Below, piece by piece: positions 8,281 to 16,167 of a stretch of 21,940 nt of DNA (the stretch's first letter is position 1; each line of letters begins with the position of its first letter). A program made the translations under genes and the position numbers. The notes beneath the pieces were generated by a model. It ran no database searches, was not told the origin of the DNA, and worked only from the letters and a program-made list of their open reading frames with translations. Source of the stretch: Polyangiaceae bacterium (GTDB taxonomy: Bacteria; Myxococcota_A; Polyangia; Polyangiales; Polyangiaceae); NCBI GenBank assembly GCA_044222475.1, contig JBGANF010000132.1, forward strand, positions 1-21,940. Direction: 5' to 3'.

Positions 8281-9465
8281 GTGGCGGGTTGTCCCCCGGT
8301 GGGTACGGCTCGCTTTCTCTGGAGGACGGCGCTGCGCGAGCTCGGGAAAGCGGTCGCGCGCTGGCTCGCCGGCGCGTTCATCGTCGGCGCAGTGTTCTTC
8401 GGGCCGAACGGGGTCGACCCGCACGACATCGTGCATCACCTCCGCGGCTCGGTCCTCGTCGCGCTCGTGGTGGCTGCGCTCGCGACCGCGTGGATCGCAC
8501 CTTCGGTGCGGCGCGCGATGATCGCTCCGGGCACCGACGTTCTCCGCGCGCTGCCCTACCATCGCGGAGTCCTCGGCGGTGCGCTCTTCGCCGGCGTGCT
8601 CGCGGCTGCCATGCCGCTCGCGGTGCTCGTCGTCGCCGGGGGCGGCCCCGGGGTCGCGTTCGCGATCGCGATCGGCTCGGCAGTGGCGGCCGTGCAGCCG
8701 CGCGCGCCGTCCGCGGCAGCAGTGCGTACGTGGGCGGCACGGGGTGCTCGCCTCGCGTTCGCCGGGGGCTCGATCGCGCTCAGCTTCCGCGCTCCGATCG
8801 CGACGACGCTCGTCGCGGGTCCGTTCGGTGCGTGGGCGCTGGCGGGCGCTTTCCGCGAGGCGCGCGCCGACCACGGATCGCCCGTTCGCTTGGTGTTCGG
8901 CGCGCCGACGAGCGTGTCGCTGCCGTGGGCGGTCCTCGTCGAAGGAGCGCGGTCGGACATCGGCGCGACCCTGCGGGCAGGCGTGCTCTTCGTCTCCGCC
9001 GCGTGGCTGGCGCGCCAGTCGCTCGATCACTTCGCGAGCCCTGCGCTACCCGCCGCCGTGTGCGCGCTCGCGGCGAGTGCGCTGGCGGCGCCGGGGCTCG
9101 TCCTGTCGTGGGCGCGCGCGGCGCGCTCGCTTCGCGCGCTGCCGATCCCGCTCTGCCGCAACGAGGGGCTCGCGCGTCGCGCGGCCATCCTGGCGGCGGT
9201 CGTACCATTTTGGGCCATGGCCCCGATCACTGGGTCGCTCGCGGCGGGCGTCGTCGCTGCGTCGACGTTCGCGGGGTTCGCGATCGTGCTCGCCACCGAC
9301 CGCGCGCTCGGGGACGGGGGTCGCTCCGAGGAGCGGTTGCCGATCTTCGCCGCGCTCGGTGTCGCCGCGTCGGCTCCGGCGCTGTACCTCGCGCCGTGGG
9401 GTCCCGCGGTCGCGCTGTTCGCCATCGCGCTCGTTCGCCGTGTCGCGTGGAGGAGGACTTCATGA
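8281..9465 (+). CDS. Polytopic membrane protein, probable ABC exporter permease
   Basis: Very hydrophobic Ala/Gly/Val-rich sequence with many predicted TM segments. Its stop overlaps the ATG of the downstream ABC ATPase (ATGA, 9462-9465). Start uncertain (8281 or 8299). Confidence 0.6.
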   Translation: MAGCPPVGTARFLWRTALRELGKAVARWLAGAFIVGAVFFGPNGVDPHDIVHHLRGSVLVALVVAALATAWIAPSVRRAMIAPGTDVLRALPYHRGVLGGALFAGVLAAAMPLAVLVVAGGGPGVAFAIAIGSAVAAVQPRAPSAAAVRTWAARGARLAFAGGSIALSFRAPIATTLVAGPFGAWALAGAFREARADHGSPVRLVFGAPTSVSLPWAVLVEGARSDIGATLRAGVLFVSAAWLARQSLDHFASPALPAAVCALAASALAAPGLVLSWARAARSLRALPIPLCRNEGLARRAAILAAVVPFWAMAPITGSLAAGVVAASTFAGFAIVLATDRALGDGGRSEERLPIFAALGVAASAPALYLAPWGPAVALFAIALVRRVAWRRTS

Positions 9466-10094
9466 CCGCGGTCCTCGAGATCGAGGGGCTCACCGTCATC
9501 GCGTTCGGGCGGACCGTCTTCGACCGCTTCGCGCTGCGGGTCGACCCCGGCGAGGTCGTCGTCCTCGTCGGGCCGAACGGCAGCGGCAAGAGCACGCTGC
9601 TCGACGTGGTCGCCGGCGTGCGCCCCGCGCTGCGCGGCTCGATCCAGGTCGACGGCACGTTGGGCTACGCCGCCGACCGTCCCGCGCTCCCTGGCGAGCT
9701 CCGGGTCGACGAGTGGCTGTCGCTGATCGGCGGCATCCGCGGCGTCAAGCAGCGCCCAGCGGCGTTCGACGTCGCGGACCTTCGCGGTCAACCGCTGTCG
9801 AAGCTGTCGCTCGGGGAGACCCGGCGAGTGCTCCTGGCGAGCGCGTTCGCCGGCCCACCCCGGCTGGTCCTCCTCGACGAGCCGACGAACGGGCTCGACG
9901 CCGCCCGTCGGGCCGAGCTCGAGCGGCGAATCGCGGCCCACGCGCGCGGCGGAGGAGGGGTCGTCGTGGCGACCCACGACCGCGATCTCGCGCGCCTGGG
10001 CCGGGAAATCCGGCTCCACGCGTCGGAAAGTCCCGAGCCGGCCGTCGGTGTCGAGAAAGCGCACGGCATTGACAGCGCTGGCATCGGCCGCTAA
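9462..10094 (+). CDS. ABC transporter ATP-binding protein
   Basis: Walker A GPNGSGKS, signature variant LSLGE, Walker B LVLLDEP and H-loop VATHD. SD-like GGAGGAGG precedes ATG 9462. Confidence 0.92.
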   Translation: MTAVLEIEGLTVIAFGRTVFDRFALRVDPGEVVVLVGPNGSGKSTLLDVVAGVRPALRGSIQVDGTLGYAADRPALPGELRVDEWLSLIGGIRGVKQRPAAFDVADLRGQPLSKLSLGETRRVLLASAFAGPPRLVLLDEPTNGLDAARRAELERRIAAHARGGGGVVVATHDRDLARLGREIRLHASESPEPAVGVEKAHGIDSAGIGR

Positions 10095-10097
10095 GAC
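10069..10097 (+). promoter_or_regulatory. Sigma70-type promoter for tRNA-Gly
   Basis: Perfect -35 TTGACA (10069-10074), 17-bp spacer, then TAAGAC (10092-10097) ending 13 nt before the tRNA. Confidence 0.65.
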
Positions 10098-10110
10098 AGC
10101 CGGGCCGTTT

Positions 10111-10182
10111 GCGGGAGTAACTCAGTGGTAGAGTGCCACCTTGCCAAGGTGGACGTCGAGGGTTCAAATCCCTTCTCCCGCT
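10111..10182 (+). tRNA. tRNA-Gly (anticodon GCC)
   Basis: Acceptor stem GCGGGAG/CTCCCGC, D arm CTC-AGTGGTA-GAG, anticodon stem CCACC/GGTGG with loop TT-GCC-AA, T arm GAGGG-TTCAAAT-CCCTT and discriminator U. CCA is not encoded (the sequence reads CCG). Confidence 0.97.
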
Positions 10183-10190
10183 CCGCCGAT

Positions 10191-10231
10191 CCAAGGGCCG
10201 CGTCGCGATGCGATGCGGCCCTTGGGCGTTT
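10191..10231 (+). terminator. Strong hairpin downstream of tRNA-Gly (probable terminator or processing stem)
   Basis: CCAAGGGCCGCGTCGC (10191-10206), loop GAT, GCGATGCGGCCCTTGG (10210-10225) form a 16-bp stem with one G-U pair. Only a short GCGTTT tail follows. Confidence 0.7.
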
Positions 10232-10263
10232 CGGAGATCCCATCCAACGGCTATGGCTCTCGG

Positions 10264-11652
10264 ATGACGTTCCGCATCGAGACCGACAGCATGGGGGACG
10301 TTCGCGTCCCCTCGGAGAGGTACTGGGGAGCGCAGACGCAGCGCTCGCTCCAGAACTTCACGATCGGAGGTCACCGCTTCGGCGTGCCGATCCTCCGCGC
10401 CTTCGCGATCACCAAGAAGGCGGCCGCGCTGGCGAACGCCGAGCTCGGCGTCCTCGAGCGCGAGAAGGTCGATCTCATCGTGCGCGTCTGCGACGAGATC
10501 ATCGAGGGTAGATGGAACGACGAGTTCCCGCTGGTCATCTGGCAGACCGGCAGCGGGACGCAGTCGAACATGAACGCGAACGAGGTGATCGCGAACCGCG
10601 CGAGTGAGCTCGCCGGTGCTCCGCTCGGATCACGAACGCCGCTGCATCCCAACGACGACGTGAACCGCTCGCAGTCGTCGAACGACGTCTTTCCAACCGT
10701 CATGCACGTCGCGGCAACGGAGCAGCTCACCCACCGCCTCCTGCCAGCCGTCGGCACGCTCCGGGCAGTGGTCGAGGCGAAGGCGAACGCGTTCGCGGGG
10801 GTGGTCAAGATCGGTCGCACGCACCTCATGGACGCGACGCCGCTCACGCTCGGCCAAGAGCTCAGCGGGTGGGCGGCGCAGCTCGAGCAAGCCGAGGCGC
10901 GTCTCGGTCAAGCGGCCGAGGGCCTCGCGGACCTCGCGATCGGGGGTACCGCGGTCGGTACCGGGCTCAACGCTCCGGCTCGGTTCGGCGAGCTCGCCGC
11001 AGCCCACGTCGCCAAGCTCACCGGGCTCCCATTTCGGAGCGCAAAGAACAAGTTCGCCGCGCTGTCGGCCCACGACGCGCTGGTCTTCGCGAGCTCGGCG
11101 ACGCGGCTCCTCGCGGTCGCGTGCATGAAGATCGCCAACGACGTGCGCATCCTCGCGAGCGGACCGCGCTGCGGGATCGGCGAGCTTCTCCTGCCCGAGA
11201 ACGAGCCGGGCAGCTCGATCATGCCAGGCAAGGTCAACCCGACGCAGGCCGAAGCATTGACGATGGTCGCCGCGCAGGTGATCGGGAACGATACGACGAT
11301 CGCCATCGCCGGGATGGGCGGTCACCTCCAGCTCAACGCGTTCAAGCCGGTCATCATCCACGATCTGCTCGAGTCGATCGCGCTCCTCGCCGATGCCTGC
11401 GAGAGCTTCGCCGGGCGCTGCATGGCCGGAGTCGAACCCGATCGCGAGGTCATCGCGCGCCACGTCTCTGGATCGCTCATGCTGGTCACGGCGCTCACTC
11501 CGGTCGTCGGCTACGACAGCGCCGCTCGAATCGCGAAGAAGGCGCAGGTCGACGGCACCACGCTCAAAGAAGCGGCGGTCTCGCTCGGGATCCTCACCGC
11601 CGACGAGTTCGACGTGTACGTGCGGCCCGAGCGGATGACGTCGCCGCCGTGA
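10264..11652 (+). CDS. fumC: Class II fumarate hydratase
   Basis: [62 protein letters not shown] and the signature [11 protein letters not shown]. Confidence 0.97.
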   Translation: MTFRIETDSMGDVRVPSERYWGAQTQRSLQNFTIGGHRFGVPILRAFAITKKAAALANAELGVLEREKVDLIVRVCDEIIEGRWNDEFPLVIWQTGSGTQSNMNANEVIANRASELAGAPLGSRTPLHPNDDVNRSQSSNDVFPTVMHVAATEQLTHRLLPAVGTLRAVVEAKANAFAGVVKIGRTHLMDATPLTLGQELSGWAAQLEQAEARLGQAAEGLADLAIGGTAVGTGLNAPARFGELAAAHVAKLTGLPFRSAKNKFAALSAHDALVFASSATRLLAVACMKIANDVRILASGPRCGIGELLLPENEPGSSIMPGKVNPTQAEALTMVAAQVIGNDTTIAIAGMGGHLQLNAFKPVIIHDLLESIALLADACESFAGRCMAGVEPDREVIARHVSGSLMLVTALTPVVGYDSAARIAKKAQVDGTTLKEAAVSLGILTADEFDVYVRPERMTSPP

Positions 11653-11730
11653 GCGCGCGGCTGGTGCGTCGGCGCGAAAAGCGTGCGCGCAGCCGCCCGC
11701 GGGAGGGCCTGCTTTTCCCCCGCGCGCGCA

Positions 11731-11746
11731 GGGCACGGGTGTTGCT
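11731..11746 (+). promoter_or_regulatory. Sigma54 (-24/-12) promoter upstream of the CBS-domain gene
   Basis: GGGCACG-GGTG-TTGCT: GG (11732-33) and GC (11744-45) are 10 nt apart; only the first base deviates from TGGCACG-N4-TTGCW. Confidence 0.7.
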
Positions 11747-11758
11747 CTCGTGACGCGC

Positions 11759-12208
11759 ATGCGCGCCTCCACCCCCATGACCCGCAACGTCACCGTCATT
11801 CCGCCGGAGCTCCCCCTCCGCGCTGCGTGGGAGATCATGAAGCGCGAGCGGATCCGTCACATCCCGATCGTTCGCGCTGGCGCCCTGTTCGGCATGCTGT
11901 CGGATCGTGACGTGCTCGTCCGCGGGACGCTCTCCAAGGACGGCAAGCTCGAGGTGCCCGAGGGCATCGTCGCGGGTGAAGCGATGACGCCGCCCCCGCT
12001 CCACACCTGCGAGCCGACGACCGACGTCGTCGACCTCGCTCGGTTGATGACGGAAGAGAAGATCGACGCCGTCCCGGTCGTCCGCGGCCTTCGCCTCGTC
12101 GGCCTCGTCACGAGCACCGATTTGATGCAGCTCCTGATCCGCCAGGACGAAGCGCGACCCCTGCCGTTCGACTTCGAGCTCGTCGAGCAGCGGATGGAAG
12201 CACTCTAG
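11759..12208 (+). CDS. CBS domain-containing protein (single Bateman pair)
   Basis: Two CBS repeats: MTRNV...AWEIM..RIRHIPIV..GMLSDRD and AMT...M.EEKIDAVPVV...VGLVTSTD. The start could be 11750, 11759 or 11777. Confidence 0.9.
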   Translation: MRASTPMTRNVTVIPPELPLRAAWEIMKRERIRHIPIVRAGALFGMLSDRDVLVRGTLSKDGKLEVPEGIVAGEAMTPPPLHTCEPTTDVVDLARLMTEEKIDAVPVVRGLRLVGLVTSTDLMQLLIRQDEARPLPFDFELVEQRMEAL

Positions 12209-13023
12209 AGATCCACCTGCGCCACGTCGTGCGTCTCTTCGCCGAGGAAGCGCGCGGCCACGGTCGCGAACGTCTTCGGGACGTCGGTCACGGTCAAGCT
12301 GAGAGCGCCCTTGCCCCCGCCGCTGCGCGCGAGCCCGCGGCCGTGCAGGAACGCGTGCACGTCCTGGGCGATGGCGCTCGCGCTGTCGACGATCTTCGTC
12401 TCCGCCCCGAGGAGCGAGCGGGTCTCGCTCTCGAGGACGCCGCGGAGCAGCGGATAGTGCGTGCACCCCAGGACGACGACGTCGACCCCGGCGCCGGCGA
12501 GCGGCTCGAGGTAGCGCCGCGCCGCGAGCCGAGGGACCTCACCCTCCGTCCATCCCTCCTCCGCGAGCGGGACGAGGAGGGGCGCGGCCTGGCCGACGAC
12601 CTCGCAGCGCGTCGACATCGTCGAAACGGCGCGCGAGTACGCGCCCGACGCGATCGTCGCGGCGGTCGCGAGGACGCCGATCTTGTTCTTCTTCGTCGCC
12701 GCGACCGCCGCGCGCGCGCTCGGCTCGATCACGCCGAGGATCGGGAGATCGAACTCGACCCGCAGCCGCTCGGGCGCGACCGCGCTCACCGTGTTGCAGG
12801 CGATCACGATCGCCTTCACCTTGCGTGACACGAGGTACTTCGTGCAGCCGATCGCGTACTTCACCACCGTGTCGGGGGCGCGCGTGCCGTAGGGGACGCG
12901 GGCGGTGTCGCCGAGGTAGACGATGTCTTCTTCCGGCAGTGCCTGGCGCAACGCGCGCACGACGGTGAGGCCGCCGAGGCCGGAGTCGAAGACACCGAGG
13001 GGTGCGTCGTTCGCGTTCGCCAT
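12205..13023 (-). CDS. murI: Glutamate racemase
   Basis: LGVFDSGLGGLTV, YLGDTARVPYG, and the catalytic Cys motifs IACNT and LGCTHYP. ATG at 13023. Confidence 0.97.
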   Translation of the reverse strand: MANANDAPLGVFDSGLGGLTVVRALRQALPEEDIVYLGDTARVPYGTRAPDTVVKYAIGCTKYLVSRKVKAIVIACNTVSAVAPERLRVEFDLPILGVIEPSARAAVAATKKNKIGVLATAATIASGAYSRAVSTMSTRCEVVGQAAPLLVPLAEEGWTEGEVPRLAARRYLEPLAGAGVDVVVLGCTHYPLLRGVLESETRSLLGAETKIVDSASAIAQDVHAFLHGRGLARSGGGKGALSLTVTDVPKTFATVAARFLGEETHDVAQVDL

Positions 13024-13090
13024 GCGTGGCGATCTACCACACCGTTCGCGGGGCGCGGAATGGCGCGCCGCGCGCCGTCGTTTTGGGGTC

Positions 13091-14122
13091 ATGCGCGCGC
13101 TCCTCGCCCTCGCGACCTGCACCGTGGTTCTGCTCTCGTCGGCGTGCGCTCACGCGCCGGCTCCGTCGAGCAGCGTGGGGCTCTCGAACGGACCGAGCGG
13201 CGCGCTCGCGCCATCGGGGCCGTCGTCCCTCGCCGATCGGGCCGAGGCGTGCTTCGCCGACCCGACCTGCTCCGTCGACCGAGCGGCGCGCGACTTCGTC
13301 GCCGCCGACGACGCCGGGGCGGCGCCGCTCGACTGCTTCCGCTTCTACTACGGCACCGGCGTCGCCCCCGATCCCGCCCGTGCGCGCGCGTGCTTCGCTC
13401 GCACCACGCGCGGGCAGACGTGCAACGGGAGCTCGCCCGATCTCGATCGGCTCTACCTGGCGACGATGCAGCTCGACGGCCAAGGCGGACCGGTCGACGT
13501 GCGCGGCGCCGAGGCGACGCTCGCTGGCTGCTTCGACGACGTCTCGGTCTCCGGAGTCCGCGAGGCCAAGCGCGAGCGCGCGGACGTCCCCATCGACTTC
13601 TGTCGCGACATCGGCGGCACCACGCTCTCGATGCTCGAGTGCAGCGCGACGGATCGCGGGCGCGCGACGTTCGCTCGCCAGGTGTACCTGAAGTCGGTTC
13701 ATGCATCGCTCTCCGAGCGCGCGAAGGCGAGCCTGAGCGACGCGGACGCAGCCTACGACGCGTTCGCCCTCGCGGACGCGTCGCGATCCGGCGACGCGTT
13801 TCGCGGTGGATCGCTCGAGAACATGACCGTCTCGGCGACCCTCACGACGCTGCTCGAGGAGCGGGTGGCGCGCCTCCGAGCTCTCGAAGGGACCACACCG
13901 CCCTTCGACCTCGCCGCGCTCGAGCTCGAGCTCCGCGAGCGCACGGCAGCGACGCGCAGCGACCTCGACGCCGAGGGCGCCCAGCTGTTCGACCGCGCCG
14001 AAGCGGCGTTCCGCGAGTACGTGGCGAAGGAAATTGCATTCTGCATCGACCACGGCAAGTCGGCCGATGCCGCCCGCGCGCTGCTCCTCCGCGACCGAAT
14101 CGCGTCCTTTGGCACACACTGA
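13091..14122 (+). CDS. Lipoprotein with two Sel1-like repeats and tandem LprI (DUF1311)-like domains
   Basis: Lipobox SSA-C. Sel1-like FYYGTGVAPDPARARAC and LATMQLDGQGGPVD. LprI-like FC...TT.SM.EC...L..A..AY..F.....GGS......L.ER..L, followed by a second, degenerate copy (LFDRAEAAFREY...LLRDRI). Confidence 0.62.
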   Translation: MRALLALATCTVVLLSSACAHAPAPSSSVGLSNGPSGALAPSGPSSLADRAEACFADPTCSVDRAARDFVAADDAGAAPLDCFRFYYGTGVAPDPARARACFARTTRGQTCNGSSPDLDRLYLATMQLDGQGGPVDVRGAEATLAGCFDDVSVSGVREAKRERADVPIDFCRDIGGTTLSMLECSATDRGRATFARQVYLKSVHASLSERAKASLSDADAAYDAFALADASRSGDAFRGGSLENMTVSATLTTLLEERVARLRALEGTTPPFDLAALELELRERTAATRSDLDAEGAQLFDRAEAAFREYVAKEIAFCIDHGKSADAARALLLRDRIASFGTH

Positions 14123-14156
14123 CACTCGCGCGCGCGAGGATCCGTGGCGTTTTCTC

Positions 14157-14172
14157 GGGCACGGATCTCGCA
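14157..14172 (+). promoter_or_regulatory. Putative sigma54 promoter upstream of the Cys-rich lipoprotein gene
   Basis: GGGCACG-GATC-TCGCA: GG (14158-59) and GC (14170-71) with correct 10-nt spacing, in an intergenic position. Confidence 0.55.
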
Positions 14173-14184
14173 TCGCGGTCGGGC

Positions 14185-14706
14185 ATGACCCCGCGCAAGA
14201 CCGCCCTGTCGCTCGCGATCCTCGCCGTCCTCGCCGCCGCGTGTGGGGGGACCCTACCGACCAACACCGACGGCGGAGCCGACGCTGGCAGTGACGGAAC
14301 GACGTCCGATGGAGGCGCGTGCGTTCCGAACCCGCAGCAAGGGACGCCGTGCGTTCCCGGCCAGGTCACCTGCGACAAGGTGAACGCGTGCTGCGTCACC
14401 ATCATGACGTGCAACTCGGTGAGCAAGAAGTGGGAGCCGCTCGGCCTCGGCTGCGCGTGCATGGGCAACCCGTGCGGCCCGAAGACCTGCATGGGAACCG
14501 AGATGTGCATCGAGCGTGGCTCGGGCGTTCCGGTGCCCGACGGCGGATCGGGGACGACCTACGAGTGCGCGCCCTACCCCGACGCGTGCAAGCGCAACTG
14601 GACGTGCGGCTGCGTCGAGAAGAACCTCCCGCCGTCGTGCACGGTGAACCCCGGCGGCTGCAAGGACACGAGCGGCTCGGTGACGCTCACCTGCATGGGC
14701 GCGTGA
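14185..14706 (+). CDS. Cysteine-rich lipoprotein of unknown function (173 aa)
   Basis: MTPRK + hydrophobic stretch + LAAA-C lipobox, a DGGADAGSDG linker and 18 further Cys. Strong GC3 codon bias in this frame. Confidence 0.85.
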   Translation: MTPRKTALSLAILAVLAAACGGTLPTNTDGGADAGSDGTTSDGGACVPNPQQGTPCVPGQVTCDKVNACCVTIMTCNSVSKKWEPLGLGCACMGNPCGPKTCMGTEMCIERGSGVPVPDGGSGTTYECAPYPDACKRNWTCGCVEKNLPPSCTVNPGGCKDTSGSVTLTCMGA

Positions 14707-14709
14707 TCG

Positions 14710-16167
14710 CTACGAAGGCGCGACCCAGCCGCCGAGCGACTCTTCGAGCTGTCGCGCGACCGCGATGGTGATCGCGTCGGTGCCGTGCCCGCCCACGACC
14801 TGGACGCCGGTCGGTAGTCCCTTCCGGTCGAGCCCAGTCGGGACTTGGGTCACCGGCAGCTCGAGCGCGTTGAAGATTGCAGTATACATCCACTGGACCG
14901 GCACGAGCAGCGCGCGCCCGTGGCGCGGCGCCGTCTGGGTGTAGGGCGGGTAGAGCAGGACCGCGGGCGAGTCTCCGCCGAGAGCGTCCTCGATCGCGGC
15001 GCGGAGCTCGCCCGTCGCGCGCGACATCTCTGCGAGGCCGGAGGGGAACCGCTTCGTGATGCGCTCGATCAGGCCGAGGCCGATCGCGGGGAACGTGTGG
15101 TCGGAGCGCCCGACCAGGAAGCGCCCGAGCTCGCGCAGGGGCGGCACCTCGACGCCTTCGCCCATCAGCTCGGCGAACGTCGGCCCTCCGCCTTCGCTCA
15201 TGTTCGCCGCCCAGATCTCGAGCGACTTCGAGAGCAGCGGGTGAGCGAACCGCTTCACCTTCGCCCCGCGGCGCGAGAGCGCGAGGGCGGCCCGCTCGAT
15301 GGCGTCCTTCAGCTCGTCCGAGACGTCGAGCCGGCCGTTCTCGCGGACGACCAAGACCGTCAGCCGCGAGAGGTCGACGTCCGACGGAGCGCCGCGCAGC
15401 GCGTTCGTCGTCGTCTCGTCCTCGCCATCGGGCCCGGCGAGCGTCTGCAAGAGAGGCCATAGGTCTTCGGCCTTTCGGCAGATCGGGCCGGTCGCGAGGA
15501 GGTAGCGCGCTCGCCCGTGCGCGATCGGGTACTGGCCGGTCGCCGGGACCGTGCCCGAGCTCGGCTTGTGGCCGAAGACGCCGTTGAAGAAGGCAGGCAT
15601 TCGGATCGAGCCGCCGATGTCGGAGCCGAGCCCGAACGGCGACGCGCCCGATCCGACGATCGATCCTTCGCCGCCCGAGCTGCCGCCGGCGGTGCACCGC
15701 GCGTCGTACGGGTTGTTCGTGCGCCCGTAGACCTTGTTCGCGCTCTCCATCCACATGCAGAGCTCCGACGTGTTGGTCACGCCGAGCGGGATCGCGCCCG
15801 CCTCGCGGAGGCGTCGTACCGTCGTACCATCTTGGGATGAGATGTGGCCCTTCCGCGCGACGAGCCCCGAGCTCTGCGGCATGCCTCGAAGCGCGAACGA
15901 CTCCTTGATGGTGCACGGCACCCCGGCGAACGGCGCCAGCGCCTCGCCCCTCGATCGCGCGGCGTCGACCGCGCGCGCTTCGTCCAGGGCGTCGGCGAAT
16001 CGGTCGCGCACCACGGCGTTGAGCCGCGGGTTCTTCGCGCGGACGGCTGCCACGTGGTGGGCGACCGCTTCTTCGGAGGTGATCGCGCCCTCACGGATGG
16101 CGCGCGCGATCGCGGTCGCCGAGGCGCGGCCGAGGTCCCCCAGGGCGGATCTTCCGGAGGTGCTCAC
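14710..16167 (-). CDS. Amidase signature family enzyme (FAAH2-like)
   Basis: GVPCTIKES (catalytic Lys), GGSSGGEG and GSDIGGSIRMPAFFNG (Ser-cisSer-Lys triad). GTG at 16167 overlaps the upstream stop (GTGA). Confidence 0.93.
   Translation of the reverse strand: MSTSGRSALGDLGRASATAIARAIREGAITSEEAVAHHVAAVRAKNPRLNAVVRDRFADALDEARAVDAARSRGEALAPFAGVPCTIKESFALRGMPQSSGLVARKGHISSQDGTTVRRLREAGAIPLGVTNTSELCMWMESANKVYGRTNNPYDARCTAGGSSGGEGSIVGSGASPFGLGSDIGGSIRMPAFFNGVFGHKPSSGTVPATGQYPIAHGRARYLLATGPICRKAEDLWPLLQTLAGPDGEDETTTNALRGAPSDVDLSRLTVLVVRENGRLDVSDELKDAIERAALALSRRGAKVKRFAHPLLSKSLEIWAANMSEGGGPTFAELMGEGVEVPPLRELGRFLVGRSDHTFPAIGLGLIERITKRFPSGLAEMSRATGELRAAIEDALGGDSPAVLLYPPYTQTAPRHGRALLVPVQWMYTAIFNALELPVTQVPTGLDRKGLPTGVQVVGGHGTDAITIAVARQLEESLGGWVAPS

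Noticed and set aside
8289..10094. 601-aa fused ORF ending in the ABC ATPase
   Set aside because: The upstream 391 codons are a shadow frame of the permease. The SD and ATGA overlap at 9462 mark the real start.
8281..10094. Assignment as ccmAB heme exporter genes
   Set aside because: Only the ATPase C-terminus is CcmA-like. The membrane protein is much longer than CcmB and no other ccm genes are present.
10111..10260. tRNA-Gly as an integration site (att) for an island
   Set aside because: No integrase, no duplicated tRNA 3' end and no compositional shift are visible; fumC follows directly.
14125..14138. 14-bp palindrome CTCGCGCGCGCGAG; also a small hairpin GGCGCA/TGCGCC at 19051-19068
   Set aside because: CG-alternating runs are inherently palindromic and abundant here, and there is no U-tract or other support.
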